Shown piece by piece: positions 48,397 to 58,700 of a DNA stretch of 64,000 nt. Numbering within the stretch: the first letter of the stretch is position 1; every line of letters begins with the position of its first letter. The notes below the pieces were generated by a model. It made no database searches. It was not told the origin of the DNA and saw only the letters and a list, made by a program, of their open reading frames with translations. This DNA comes from Bacillota bacterium (GTDB lineage: Bacteria; Bacillota; Sulfobacillia; DUMF01), in assembly GCA_012840015.1 (NCBI GenBank), contig DUMF01000017.1, positions 16,376 through 80,375 on the forward strand, given 5' to 3'. A program made the translations under genes and the position numbers.

Positions 48397-49011
48397 ATGC
48401 CCAGAGGCGGAGGCTGGGACGAGACTTCTACGAGCTACAGGTATCGGGTTCGTGACCCCTATGAGTTCCAAGAAGGGAGCTTCAGGATCATATCCTTGGG
48501 CGACAGCGGTGTCAAGGCCGTGGTTGGAAAGCTCAAGGGAGAGGACTCAATGACCATCCAGTCGCTCATCTTCCCGAAGGACAAGTTTACTGAAGAAGAG
48601 GCTCGCCAGTGGTTGAAGGATCGCCCCGACACCGTAGGAAAGTTTTGCAAAGCGATCAGCTTCCTCAAAACGGATGAAGAAAAGCGCTACACCCTCGGGA
48701 TCGTCTACGAACCTGACACGGTGGATTCCCAGGGCGACTACGCGAGGGCCGAAGACATTGAGAAAGCTGCTTGGGATTTCATGAGGAAAACCCTGCGGCT
48801 CGGGTACATGCACAAGGAATGGAGCGATGACATCGGCGACATTGTAGAGTCCTATATCGCCCCAGTTGATATGAGAATCGGGGACGACATTATCAAGAAG
48901 GGCACCTGGCTTATCGGCGTGGTGTGGAGCCCGGAGTACTGGGAGAAAGTGAAGAAAGGCGAGATAACGGGGTTCTCGATGGGAGGGAAGGCGAGAAGAA
49001 TACCTGAGTAG
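48397..49011 (+). CDS. Phage protein in XkdF-like position (putative prohead-associated protein/protease)
   Basis: About 204 aa between the minor head protein and the scaffold. Family call is by position only. Confidence 0.35.
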   Translation: MPRGGGWDETSTSYRYRVRDPYEFQEGSFRIISLGDSGVKAVVGKLKGEDSMTIQSLIFPKDKFTEEEARQWLKDRPDTVGKFCKAISFLKTDEEKRYTLGIVYEPDTVDSQGDYARAEDIEKAAWDFMRKTLRLGYMHKEWSDDIGDIVESYIAPVDMRIGDDIIKKGTWLIGVVWSPEYWEKVKKGEITGFSMGGKARRIPE

Positions 49012-49085
49012 GCAGACAGCAGTGCAGAGAATGCGGCAGCCAGGCAAATTGCCCGGCTGCTTTTGTTTTGGGCGGAGGTGGTGAC

Positions 49086-50186
49086 ATGCCGAACAGGCTA
49101 ACGGATATCCAAGTCGAGGAGATAAGCGGGGTAGACAAGGCAGCAAATAGGAGACGGTTCTTGCTCATGAAGCGCGAAGGAGGTGGCGAGGGCGCTATGG
49201 ATAAGGCCGACAAGCCGATGAAGACGGAGGACGGGAAGCAGTATCCCGCAGAGGCCTATCTTTATGTGCCCGATCCAGAAAAACCAAGCACGTGGAAGCT
49301 CCGCATCTGGGAGGATCCGGAGAAAAAGGTAACCGCGGCTCAGGTAGGCAGGGCCATAGCAGCGCTAAGTCCGGGTGGGTTCCGAGGTAACCAGGTGGAT
49401 ATCCCCGAGGATGAGATTCCGAAGATCAAGGCCAAGCTCCGCAGGCTCTGGCGGGAGGTGAATCCGGACAAGGATCCGGACGAGATGCCGGAGACCATTA
49501 AGAAGCAAGGGTTCATCGCTAAGATTGCAGAGACCCTCAAGAAGGCCATCTACGGTAAGGATTTCGAGGCCAACCTAATCCAGTCAAAGATAGACGAGCA
49601 GTGGTGGAGGGCGAATGAAGCCCTGAGAACCGCAATTTCGGAGATTATCCAAGATGAGGGAATGACGCCGCAGGAGAAGATCAGTCAAATAGCCGTGACC
49701 TTGGGGCAGTTTCAGGAGTACATTCTAGGTTTGGCACAGGCACAGTTAAACGTGACCGATCAAGAGACCCAAAGGAGCGATATCCAGAAGATCGGGGCCA
49801 AGATAGCCCGATCACGGCTGGAAAAGATCAAGGCAGCGTACGCGGTGCTGGCCGAGATTTTGGCCGAAGTTGAAGGAGATGAGGAGGGCGATGAAATGAC
49901 CAAGGAAGAGATCACAAGGATGGTGGAAGACGCTTTGAAACCTGTGGTTGAGAGGTTAGAGAAACTCGAGAAGCCGGAGGACGGCGACAAAAATGATCCT
50001 GCGGCCGAGCAGGTCAAGAAGGAAGATGTGCAGGCAATGGTGACCGAGGCGGTCAACAAGGCTCTGGAGCCCGTCCTGCAACGGCTCGAGGTCGTCGAGA
50101 AGGCCAAAGGTATAAAGAAGTCGGTCGACGGCCAGGACGACCCCGACAAGGACGTCAAAAAGAGCATTTGGGCAGGTATTCTGTGA
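49086..50186 (+). CDS. Scaffolding protein
   Basis: Highly charged, helical, coiled-coil-rich protein directly upstream of the capsid gene. A GGAGGTGGTGAC RBS precedes ATG 49086. Confidence 0.55.
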   Translation: MPNRLTDIQVEEISGVDKAANRRRFLLMKREGGGEGAMDKADKPMKTEDGKQYPAEAYLYVPDPEKPSTWKLRIWEDPEKKVTAAQVGRAIAALSPGGFRGNQVDIPEDEIPKIKAKLRRLWREVNPDKDPDEMPETIKKQGFIAKIAETLKKAIYGKDFEANLIQSKIDEQWWRANEALRTAISEIIQDEGMTPQEKISQIAVTLGQFQEYILGLAQAQLNVTDQETQRSDIQKIGAKIARSRLEKIKAAYAVLAEILAEVEGDEEGDEMTKEEITRMVEDALKPVVERLEKLEKPEDGDKNDPAAEQVKKEDVQAMVTEAVNKALEPVLQRLEVVEKAKGIKKSVDGQDDPDKDVKKSIWAGIL

Positions 50187-50211
50187 TCTCGAGTGAGGAG
50201 GAATGACGCAA

Positions 50212-51150
50212 ATGCCAATGAGCAACAAGGAATTGCTGGAGAAAATAGACACCGGATCTCTGGCCGGGGGTGGACTGCTCAACCCTGAGCAGGCCAAGGA
50301 GTTCTTTGAGATGACGTTTGAGGCGACGGAGTTCTCAAAACTTCATCGCAAGGAGCAGAAAACTGCCACCACCGGCGAGCTTGACAAGATCGCGATCGGC
50401 GGCAGGTTGCTGAGGAAGAAGACCGAGGGCGTCGACGACAATTATAGGGCAGGCATCAGCACGTCAAAGATTGAATACTCGACCGTACCCGTGCGTTTGC
50501 CCTGGGACATTTCCGAGGATACGCTGCGGAAGAATATCGAGAGAGAGGCTTTTGAGGACCGCGTCATCAGGATGATGACCACCCAGACCGGTATCGACGC
50601 TGAGGACTTGCACTTTAACGGAGATACCTCCAGCAGCGACCCATTCCTGAGCATCAACGACGGCTGGATCAAGCAGATCAAGACCGGCACAGGTTCACAT
50701 GTGGTAGACTGTTCCGGCGACTCTGCCTTCGGCAAGGCTACACTGTTCAAGATCTCCCGGAACATGCCCAACAAGTACAAAAGCTCAAAGCTCAAGTGGA
50801 TCATGAGCCCGACTAGGCGTGAACTCTGGATCGAGTATCTCACCAGCCGACCCACCGCCGCGGGGGATGCGGCACTGCTCGGGGCCGGGGATCAGGTGAA
50901 CCAGCCTTTGGGATACGGGATCGTGACTGTTCCCTCGCTTCCGGACGACATCATAATCCTTACCAACCCGGAAAACTTTATCGTCGTCTGGACGTACGAC
51001 ATCCGTATACGCAAAACCACCGAGGGCCGTGAGGCCATCATGCAGGATAAGCGTTTCTACGTCATACACTTCGACGACGACCCGGTGATACAGGAACTCG
51101 ACGCGGTGGTGCTGGCGTACGGTATTCCCGAGACCCTGGCTACCTCGTAA
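50212..51150 (+). CDS. Major capsid protein
   Basis: About 312 aa following the scaffold. GAGGAGGA RBS. Confidence 0.65.
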   Translation: MPMSNKELLEKIDTGSLAGGGLLNPEQAKEFFEMTFEATEFSKLHRKEQKTATTGELDKIAIGGRLLRKKTEGVDDNYRAGISTSKIEYSTVPVRLPWDISEDTLRKNIEREAFEDRVIRMMTTQTGIDAEDLHFNGDTSSSDPFLSINDGWIKQIKTGTGSHVVDCSGDSAFGKATLFKISRNMPNKYKSSKLKWIMSPTRRELWIEYLTSRPTAAGDAALLGAGDQVNQPLGYGIVTVPSLPDDIIILTNPENFIVVWTYDIRIRKTTEGREAIMQDKRFYVIHFDDDPVIQELDAVVLAYGIPETLATS

Positions 51151-51163
51151 AGGGTGAGACTCA

Positions 51164-51472
51164 GTGAAGAGACTTAGACTTCTAAGATTGGCCTCGTTCA
51201 GCGGCTACGGAATAGACGTGACGCAGAACGAGCCTGTGATCGAAGTGGAAGACGATTTAGCGGAGAGGCTTTTGGCGACGGGGTACTTTGAAGATCTGAC
51301 CCCAAAGGGCACTACGAAAGTGCCTGCACCAGAGCCCCAGAGTGAGAATGAAAAAGTTCCAGAAGCACCACAGGGCGAAGAAGTGCAGGCAACGGATGAG
51401 ATTGAAAGCGTGGCGGAGCCTTCTGAGGATATGCAGGAGGCTCCTAAGTCTAAAGGGGGTAGGAAGAAATGA
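51164..51472 (+). CDS. Hypothetical acidic phage head-module protein
   Basis: ORF-track entry only. Low-complexity acidic C-terminus. Confidence 0.3.
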   Translation: MKRLRLLRLASFSGYGIDVTQNEPVIEVEDDLAERLLATGYFEDLTPKGTTKVPAPEPQSENEKVPEAPQGEEVQATDEIESVAEPSEDMQEAPKSKGGRKK

Positions 51473-51849
51473 TCACGGTACCATATGATCTGGGCGCTGT
51501 GGGCGTAGAGCAGGTAGCCAGCGCCGACATAACCAAGGCAGATACTACGGTTGAAATTATATCTTTGCCGGCGAACTGCCTCATAACCAGGGTAATCGCC
51601 GAGGTCACTGAGGCGTTCAATGCGGCGACTACGAACGTCCTGACTGTTGGAACGAATGTTGACGTGAATGACCTCTTGGGTGAGGGCGATGTTAACGAGA
51701 GCGCCTCCGGCTTCTACGAGTCGGCCACTGTGAAAGCTAAGAAGTTGACTGCAGCGGCTACTGTAAAAGCAAAGTACGCCTATACCGGCACGGCGCCGAC
51801 TACGGGCAAGGCGACGATATACGTGTTCTTCGTAAGACTGCAGCCGTAA
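51469..51849 (+). CDS. Hypothetical phage structural protein
   Basis: ATGA overlap with the upstream gene. Confidence 0.35.
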   Translation: MITVPYDLGAVGVEQVASADITKADTTVEIISLPANCLITRVIAEVTEAFNAATTNVLTVGTNVDVNDLLGEGDVNESASGFYESATVKAKKLTAAATVKAKYAYTGTAPTTGKATIYVFFVRLQP

Positions 51850-51866
51850 TGGAGAGTAGGTGACGG

Positions 51867-52424
51867 GTGATGGATTACATCACCGTTGCGCAGCTGCGCT
51901 CTAGGCTCAAAACTGATCTGGACGACGGGGCGCTTTCCGATATCATCGCGGAGGAGAGCGCCCTTATTACTGTCACCCTGAGCGCTGAGCCAGCCGATCC
52001 GATGGTTGAGGAATTGCCCGGCGGAGGAACCGCGATCTGGCTCACCTACCGCCCTTCGGTAGTCCAGGAGGTCCGGGACGTCGTGAGCGATACCGTGATC
52101 GACCCGGCAACGTACCTGGTGCGGGGGCGCGCTTTGGTCATGCCGCAAATGGTCATATCGGATCTGGACTTTGAAATCCGATCTGCAACGTGGCCGGAAC
52201 GGGTGAGAGTCACGTACTCCATCGCCGGGCTCGCGGATATCCTCGCCATCTTGAGAGGAGTATGCCTCGACCTGTGCAGGTTGGCGATCACCGACATGGG
52301 GGCGGAGCAGTCGGAGCGCCTCGGAGACTACCAGCACGACTCCAAGGATGTGCAGGCCGAGCGCAAGAAGGTGCTCGCCCGGCTCAACAGGATAAAGGGT
52401 CTACGGCCCGTGATGGCCGGATGA
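51867..52424 (+). CDS. Head-tail connector (gp6-like)
   Basis: The N-terminal ITVAQLRSRLKTDLDDGALSDIIAE pattern and position suggest a head-tail connector. Confidence 0.45.
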   Translation: MMDYITVAQLRSRLKTDLDDGALSDIIAEESALITVTLSAEPADPMVEELPGGGTAIWLTYRPSVVQEVRDVVSDTVIDPATYLVRGRALVMPQMVISDLDFEIRSATWPERVRVTYSIAGLADILAILRGVCLDLCRLAITDMGAEQSERLGDYQHDSKDVQAERKKVLARLNRIKGLRPVMAG

Positions 52425-52744
52425 GCCTGCGGCAACTGCTGAACCAAACGGTCTCAATCCAAAGAAAGGAACGCTCCCCAGACGGAATGGGCGGGTGGAT
52501 TTCAGATTGGGTCACCGTGATCACTACAGTGGCCCGAATCAGCCCTGTCAGCGCAAAAGAACGAATCCAGTACGAGCAGTTGCAGTATCCTGTGACGCAC
52601 AAGGTCTATATGCTGGGCAGTGCGAACGTCAAGCCGGGCGATCAGATTGTGTTTGGGGCCCGCAGGTTCTCGGTCAAGGGCGTAACCAACCCGTCTGAGA
52701 TGGGGCATCACCTCGAGGTTCTGTGCGAGGAGACAGGGATCTAG
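52421..52744 (+). CDS. Head closure / head-tail adaptor (SPP1 gp16-like)
   Basis: ATG 52421 overlaps the upstream stop (ATGA). Length about 107 aa. Confidence 0.5.
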   Translation: MSLRQLLNQTVSIQRKERSPDGMGGWISDWVTVITTVARISPVSAKERIQYEQLQYPVTHKVYMLGSANVKPGDQIVFGARRFSVKGVTNPSEMGHHLEVLCEETGI

Positions 52745-52941
52745 TCATCCTCGTCATCGATTAGTTCGATGTCCATCCAGAGCCCCCTGAGCTTGTCTCG
52801 CTTGTTGATGGTAGCCCTGAGAACGGGTTCGCCCGGGGATACATCGTGAATGCTGGCGATCTCCGTTACGTTCCCATCGACCACCGTCAGGACATCTTTG
52901 CGAACGGGTTTCTTTTTGGGCACGTCCATCACCTCGCTCAT
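52741..52941 (-). CDS. Reverse-strand small ORF (66 aa) in the gap between the head-closure and gp10-like genes
   Basis: ATG start with a weak RBS. It fills a 225-nt gap in the late operon. Acidic C-terminus. Confidence 0.3.
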   Translation of the reverse strand: MSEVMDVPKKKPVRKDVLTVVDGNVTEIASIHDVSPGEPVLRATINKRDKLRGLWMDIELIDDEDD

Positions 52942-52969
52942 TGAATTCGCCGAGAGGAAGCGATTTCCT

Positions 52970-53527
52970 ATGCCGAAACCGCCGAAGGCCGAAATTACGT
53001 TCAAGAGCAACCTAAAGGCCGTAGAAGCCGTGCTGGATCGTGCTGCCTGGGAGCGCATGGAGCGGGCGTGCCAGCATCTTGTCAATGAGACCAAGAAGGC
53101 TATGACTGGGCCGAAGAGCGGGCGTTGGTACATCAAGCCAGGTATTAAGACCATTGCGGAGCGAGTGGCCACTCTTAGGACGGCCAAGATTGCTCGGAAG
53201 GAAAAGAAGCTGGGGAGGCCTCTAACTGAACAGGAGAAGACCCAGATTACTGCCAAGCTCACCCCCGCGCAACTACAAGCCCGCAAATACAGAGCATCTG
53301 CTCCTGGTGAGACTCCGGCCCTGCGTACTGGTCGGCTATTTAATAGTATCGATTACTATGTGATAGGCACAGGGCTGAACCTGCGCGGCATCGTGGGATC
53401 ACCCCTTGAATATGCACCGTACCTCGAATTTGGCACCTCAAAGATGGAACGCAGGCCTTTCCTGCGACCGACCTATGAACGCGAACGCGAGAACGTGAAA
53501 GACATCCTCGGAGGCAAGTGGGTATGA
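52970..53527 (+). CDS. HK97 gp10-family phage protein
   Basis: …GETPALRTGRL…YAPYLEFGT…RPFL motifs. ATG 52970 has a GAGAGGAAG RBS. Confidence 0.6.
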   Translation: MPKPPKAEITFKSNLKAVEAVLDRAAWERMERACQHLVNETKKAMTGPKSGRWYIKPGIKTIAERVATLRTAKIARKEKKLGRPLTEQEKTQITAKLTPAQLQARKYRASAPGETPALRTGRLFNSIDYYVIGTGLNLRGIVGSPLEYAPYLEFGTSKMERRPFLRPTYERERENVKDILGGKWV

Positions 53528-53940
53528 TCCCGGTACTGCAGTATCTCTACAACACACTGACAGCAGATCATGACCTTGTGAGCAGGCTCGCTACTTACAG
53601 AAGCGGGCCTGCAGTGTTCTTCGGGAAAGCGCCTTCAGATGCACAAATGCCGTATGTTGTGCTGCATGCTGATAGTGCTGTGCCGGAGGAAGGGCATGCG
53701 ACGGAGCGGCTGCTGCTGGCTGTTGACGTGTACAACAGGAGCGAGAGCGCGCTCGGCGCACTGCAGATTGCGGGGCGGATTGAGACTGTACTGGATAGGC
53801 AAAAGCCCGGCTTGACCGGCATCACGGGTTTGGCGATTTTCCGCGATTTTCAGGCTTTGGTGGACGACGAGGATCCAACAGTCCAGCACGTCCACCTTGA
53901 GTTCATCGTGCGTTACGGCAGAGATGATTTGTTTGCATGA
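53518..53940 (+). CDS. Tail completion/terminator protein (DUF3168-like)
   Basis: 140 aa between gp10 and the major tail protein. Confidence 0.45.
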   Translation: MGMIPVLQYLYNTLTADHDLVSRLATYRSGPAVFFGKAPSDAQMPYVVLHADSAVPEEGHATERLLLAVDVYNRSESALGALQIAGRIETVLDRQKPGLTGITGLAIFRDFQALVDDEDPTVQHVHLEFIVRYGRDDLFA

Positions 53941-53949
53941 GGAGGATGA

Positions 53950-54543
53950 TTGCAGATGCCAGCCATTAGAACCGGTATTTCGGCGACCACGCCTCAGAAC
54001 TACTTGATTGGGCCAGGGGCAGTCTACAAGGACTTTACGGATCTCGCAACCCTGGGAACGACCGCTAAGTTACTTGGCGCCACCGCGGGCGGCAATCAAG
54101 TAACCGTTACTCCAGAATGGTTCGACCCGAGGCCTGATGGCGCTCCCGGTCCCATCAAAGGCATGAGGCGGCTCATCGGGGTCACAGTGACGGCCAAGGT
54201 CAACCTGCTTGAGATGACGAAGGAAAACCTCATGCTTGCGCTGGGCAAGGCGACGTCTGAGCCTTATCCGGCCACGACCCCGACTCATGACAAGATCAGA
54301 CCTTCTCTCGGGACGCTCGCATCGACTGACTACTTCAACATTGCTATCGTTGGCGACCTTGGCGGCGACACTGACCCGGTCGTGTTTGTCTTAGAGAATG
54401 TCTGCGTCACTGACGCCGTTGAAATCAATATGGGTACCGGCAAGGAGGACATAGTGCTGGCCGTCACCTTTACGGCACACTATGACCCGGCCAATCTAGA
54501 ACAAGTGCCAGCTTACATCCTAAGACCGCAAACTACGCCGTAA
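53950..54543 (+). CDS. Major tail protein
   Basis: 197 aa, immediately upstream of the chaperone G/GT pair. Confidence 0.6.
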   Translation: MQMPAIRTGISATTPQNYLIGPGAVYKDFTDLATLGTTAKLLGATAGGNQVTVTPEWFDPRPDGAPGPIKGMRRLIGVTVTAKVNLLEMTKENLMLALGKATSEPYPATTPTHDKIRPSLGTLASTDYFNIAIVGDLGGDTDPVVFVLENVCVTDAVEINMGTGKEDIVLAVTFTAHYDPANLEQVPAYILRPQTTP

Positions 54544-54556
54544 TGGGGGCTAAACC

Positions 54557-54961
54557 ATGAGCAGGGATAAGAACGATGAAGCTATCATCCTGGAAACTGG
54601 TCAGGAAGTGGAAATCGCAGACCGCAAGTACACGATGAGGCGGCTTACGACGCGGGATGTGTTTGCGTTCTCGAAACTGGTAACCAAGGCTTTGAAAAGC
54701 ACTGGCAACCAGGAGGTTGCCAACCCAGACGCTCTGGGTTTCGTTCTGATGGCAGGTATGGCTGAGAACGACCACGAGGTAGCAGCGTTCTACGGGTCGT
54801 TAATAGGGTTATCTGCTGACGAGTTCTTGGCTCTTCCAGCTGAAGCTTTCAGCGACTTCTTCGACGCTCTGTCTAGGAGCTACGATTTGCAGGCTTTTTT
54901 CGAAGCAGTAACCAAAGCCGTGAGGGCCCTGGGCTCTCTCTGGCAGACGCCCTCGACATAG
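54557..54961 (+). CDS. Tail assembly chaperone (G)
   Basis: 134 aa, followed by an overlapping -1 frame ORF (T). Confidence 0.55.
   Translation: MSRDKNDEAIILETGQEVEIADRKYTMRRLTTRDVFAFSKLVTKALKSTGNQEVANPDALGFVLMAGMAENDHEVAAFYGSLIGLSADEFLALPAEAFSDFFDALSRSYDLQAFFEAVTKAVRALGSLWQTPST
54895..54901 (+). promoter_or_regulatory. Programmed -1 ribosomal frameshift slippery heptamer T_TTT_TTC (chaperone G→GT)
   Basis: XXXYYYZ heptamer in the G frame (…GCT TTT TTC…). The -1 frame is open from here through 55254. Confidence 0.45.
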
Positions 54962-55254
54962 TGGAAGCGAGGTACGGGTGGACGGACGAAGAGGTGCTGT
55001 CTCTTCCGTTCGCCCGCTTCCTGCAGGTGGTGGAACAGGCATCGAAGGCGCAGAGAGAAGAAATGAGGCGCCTGGCGTTTCTCGGCTGGCAGGTCCAGGC
55101 GCCGCTGAGGGAGCGTCAGATAAGCTTCGCCGAGTACCTGGACGCCCTGGGGCTGGGAAACGAACGGCCCGCTCCGGTTAGGGTTACCAAAGAGCAGGCA
55201 GAGAAGAGGGCGGATGAGATTCTGGCGATGTTCGAAGCGACAAATCAGCCATAA
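54961..55254 (+). CDS. Tail assembly chaperone frameshift extension (T part of G-T)
   Basis: Lies in the -1 frame relative to G and is contiguous with the slippery site. Confidence 0.45.
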   Translation: MEARYGWTDEEVLSLPFARFLQVVEQASKAQREEMRRLAFLGWQVQAPLRERQISFAEYLDALGLGNERPAPVRVTKEQAEKRADEILAMFEATNQP

Positions 55255-55661
55255 ATCTCTTGCACTAAAGTATTAAACTGTTTGTCGTTGCATTCAAAAA
55301 TGAGTGAATAACTGAGCTGGCCCTGAATTACCGGGATAGATACCGTGTTTGCCTGTTTGCCTCTGGCTCCAAGTGCACCGCCAATAATCAGTCCAGCTGG
55401 GCCAGCAAGAGCACCCCCGATCAAGGCACCTGCAGCTGCCTTTGTCGTGGATCTTCTTTCTTGGCGGGTGTAATCGAGTGGGCCGAAAGACTCGCGTCCG
55501 ATTATAACGGTGTTGCCCCAGCCGGCCAGTATCTCGACTTTGTCTCCTTTTCTTTGAACGGTGACATCGCGTGGGCCCCTAAGACTCGGATGCCCTCCGA
55601 TGTAACGAACCTTGACCAACCCGATCCCCTCCTTTTCGATGAATTCTGTTTCAACATCCAT
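55245..55661 (-). CDS. Reverse-strand glycine-zipper membrane protein between chaperone and tape-measure genes (candidate moron)
   Basis: Internal ATG with an AAAGGA RBS; TTG at 55727 is an alternative start. Gly-zipper segment AAAGALIGGALAGPAGLIIGGALGARG. Confidence 0.45.
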   Translation of the reverse strand: MDVETEFIEKEGIGLVKVRYIGGHPSLRGPRDVTVQRKGDKVEILAGWGNTVIIGRESFGPLDYTRQERRSTTKAAAGALIGGALAGPAGLIIGGALGARGKQANTVSIPVIQGQLSYSLIFECNDKQFNTLVQEIYG

Positions 55662-55733
55662 GTCAGGAATCCTTTTGAGGTGATTCAAGTGGAGCTGTTC
55701 AGGCTCTTCGGAGTTGTCGACCTTCAAGGTAAC

Positions 55734-58700
55734 ATGGCCTTGATGCAGTTGCGCGAGATCGATCAGCAGGCCCGCAAGGCTGGCAGCACTCTTGGCGGTC
55801 TAGTGAAGCAGGCTGCCAGCTTCGCAGCGGGTATAGGGCTGTGGCAGGGCTTCACAGCAACTGCGCGGGCTCTGGGTAACACGTTTATCGGTCTGAATAC
55901 ACAGTTTCAGCAGGCGGGGATGGCTCTGGAGACGATGCTGGGGTCTTCCGAGAAAGCGAGGTCTCTCCTGAGCGATCTTGAGGCCTTCGCGGCTCGTACT
56001 CCGTTCGAGTTTCCAGAGCTCATGGACGCGACGCAACGAATGATGGCACTGGGCTTTTCTGCTGAGGAGGTGATCCCGACACTACAGGCCGTAGGTGACG
56101 CTGCCGCCGCAATGCACAAGGGTAAGGAGGGTATTGACAGAATCATCTTGGCATTGGGGCAAATGCGTGCCAAGGGCAAGGTCACCGGCGAAGAGATGCG
56201 ACAACTGACGGAGGCCGGCATCCCGGCGTGGGACCTGCTGGCTCGTGCCATCGGTAAGTCCGTGCCGGAGGTCCAGAAGCTCGCGGAGAAGGGGCTCATC
56301 CCTGCTGACAAGGCGGTGCAGGTGCTCGTGCAGGGGATGGAAGACAAGTTCGCTGGGATGATGGATAAATTCGCCGACATGTTCCCCGGTGTTGTCTCTA
56401 CCATTAGAGACAACGTGAAGATGCTGTTCAAAGACCTAACTTCGGGGCCTTTCGCTGACATGACGGAGTGGCTAAAGGGCATAAGAGACTGGACGAGCAG
56501 GATACGGGAAGCGTACGTCGGGGCAACCAAGGCTGCTTCAGGAATAGCGGGCGTGGAGGCCGAGTCGAGACGCAAAGCCGGGCTTGCCGCGGTATACGAC
56601 CTGCTGGTGCCAAAGGGAAGCAAGTTGCGCGAGGAACTGGACCCGGTACTTACCGCACTCAATGATTTCTGGAAGAGCGTCACTTCTGCGGCAAGTAAAT
56701 TCGTACCGGTGATCCGCGATGCGTGGGAATCGATCAGACCCGTTGCGCTGACGATAGCTCGGGCGATCGCGGAAGCTGGAAGCAAGGCGGCTCAGCTTGC
56801 AGGAGTCATCGCAGACAACTGGTCGAAGATAAAACCAGTGATTCTTGGGGTCGCGACAAGCTTCGCGGTTCTGAAGACCTCCATGGCGTTAGAGAAGGCA
56901 GCAAAGGGTATACCCGAGCTGATATCAAGCATAGTCGAGAAAGGCCGGTATCAGGCCAAATTGTTTGATATGGCCATTAGAGACAGCAGCGGTGTGTTGG
57001 GCAAGTTTAAGGCTGCGATTCAGGCTTTGACTGGCGTTAATCCTGTATTCCTCGCGATCGGGGCTGCGGTTACTGCTGTTGCAGTATTGGCCTTCGAGTT
57101 GTACCGAAACTGGAAGGACGTGCCCCCATTCTTCCGCGCTCTCTGGGAGACGATTAAGGCCACGTTTGCACTTGGCTGGAGCGGGATTGCGGTTGTGCTC
57201 CGCGAGATGCAGCTGGGCGTGGCAAAGGTGCTCAATGCCACACTCGGTAACGTGCTTCGCTTTGCTGCAAAAGTAGCGGAGGTTTTCGGTAAGATACCTG
57301 GCGCCAGAGAGTTTGTGGGCGGCATACAGGCAGCACTCGAAGGAGGCGCCGAGTGGTTTGCTGGGTTTGAGGAGTCTTCTGCGAAAGCCTTAGACGAAGC
57401 GAAGGGCGATATCTTGGAAGCCTCACGCAACCTGGGGCAGCGGTGGGAGGAGCTGAAGGCCACGGGCTCCGTGCTGGGCAAGGCAATAGGGTCTGACCTG
57501 GCAGCGATATTCACAGCGGCGAAGGCCAAGGCTAAGGAGGCTTTCGGCGCGATCATCCCCGGGCTCCAGAGTGTCGGTGACAAAGCCACCGAGGCTGGTA
57601 GAAAGGCCGAGACGGGGCTGGGCGACGGCTTCGGACTTGGCGCAGAAGAGGCAAGGCAAGCAGTAGACAAAGCGGTGTCCGCGATCGAGAAGCTCATCTC
57701 GGAAGCCGGCAACACGCTCGGAGAAGGTACTGACAAGGCGGCGGTCAGACTGCAGAACGCGTTAGCGTCGGCGATGGCTGCAGTGAAAGCCCTGGGCGGC
57801 GCCGCCGGACAGGAGCTCGCGGACGACCTGAGCGGGGCAGCAGCGCTAGTTGAAGCGGCAGTCAAGGGGAGATCTGAGGAGGCTGCCGTTGCGCTCCTGG
57901 AGAAGCTCGGCAGGGCTTCAGCAAAAGTCGCATCCCTGATCAAGGATGATTCCGGCGAGGCCGCGCAGTCTTTGAAGAACGCCTTGTCGGAAGCCGCGCA
58001 GGAGGTCCAGGACAGGTTCAAGCAGCTGACCGAGGAGGCTAAGAAGCAACAGATTGAGTCGATCGACAGGCTAAACGATGCCCTCGTCTCTGCGCTGAGG
58101 AAGCGGTACGAGAAGGAAAAAGAACAGCGCACGAGGGCGGTCAGGGATGCCATTGATGCCGAGAAAGAGCGCGTGGATGCAATCATTGCCGAGATCGACC
58201 GCGAGAGGTGGGCCAGGGAAGAAGCCACGAACGACGCGCTGAGGCTCCAGATCCGGTCCATCTGGGCCGAGATCGACGCGATAGAGGAGCTGACACGCAA
58301 AGAGGAAGAAGAAGCGAAGCAAGCCGAGCAAAGAGCTAGGATCCTGGAGCTGCAGGCGAAGATCGCCGAGGAGACTGACCCTGTCGAACGCCAGAAGCTG
58401 CAGATGGAGCTTGCAAAAGAGCTTGCTGAGCAAGAAAGGCAACAGATACTTGCGCAGCGCGAAGAGCGAAAGAAGCAGCTCCAGAAGCAGCTCGAAGACA
58501 TCCGGTACCAGCAGGAGCAGTCCCTGAAGGCGTTCCAGGCGACCAAGCAAAAGGAACTGGATTACCTCGAGAATGAGTACTATCCGCGCCTGTTGCAGGA
58601 CGCAGCGCTCCAGGCCGAAGCAGAGAAGATGATCCTCGCCGGCAAGCATGCCGAGATACTGGAGCTATTGCAGCAATATGGCGAGGGCTGGAAGGACCTC

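Noticed and set aside
57020-58546. 508-aa minus-strand ORF, plus several other minus and + off-frame ORFs, inside the tape measure gene
   Set aside because: These are Ser/Ala/Cys-rich low-complexity translations of the antisense strand of an Ala/Glu/Lys-rich coiled-coil gene. They are shadow ORFs with no RBS and are fully contained in a high-confidence CDS.
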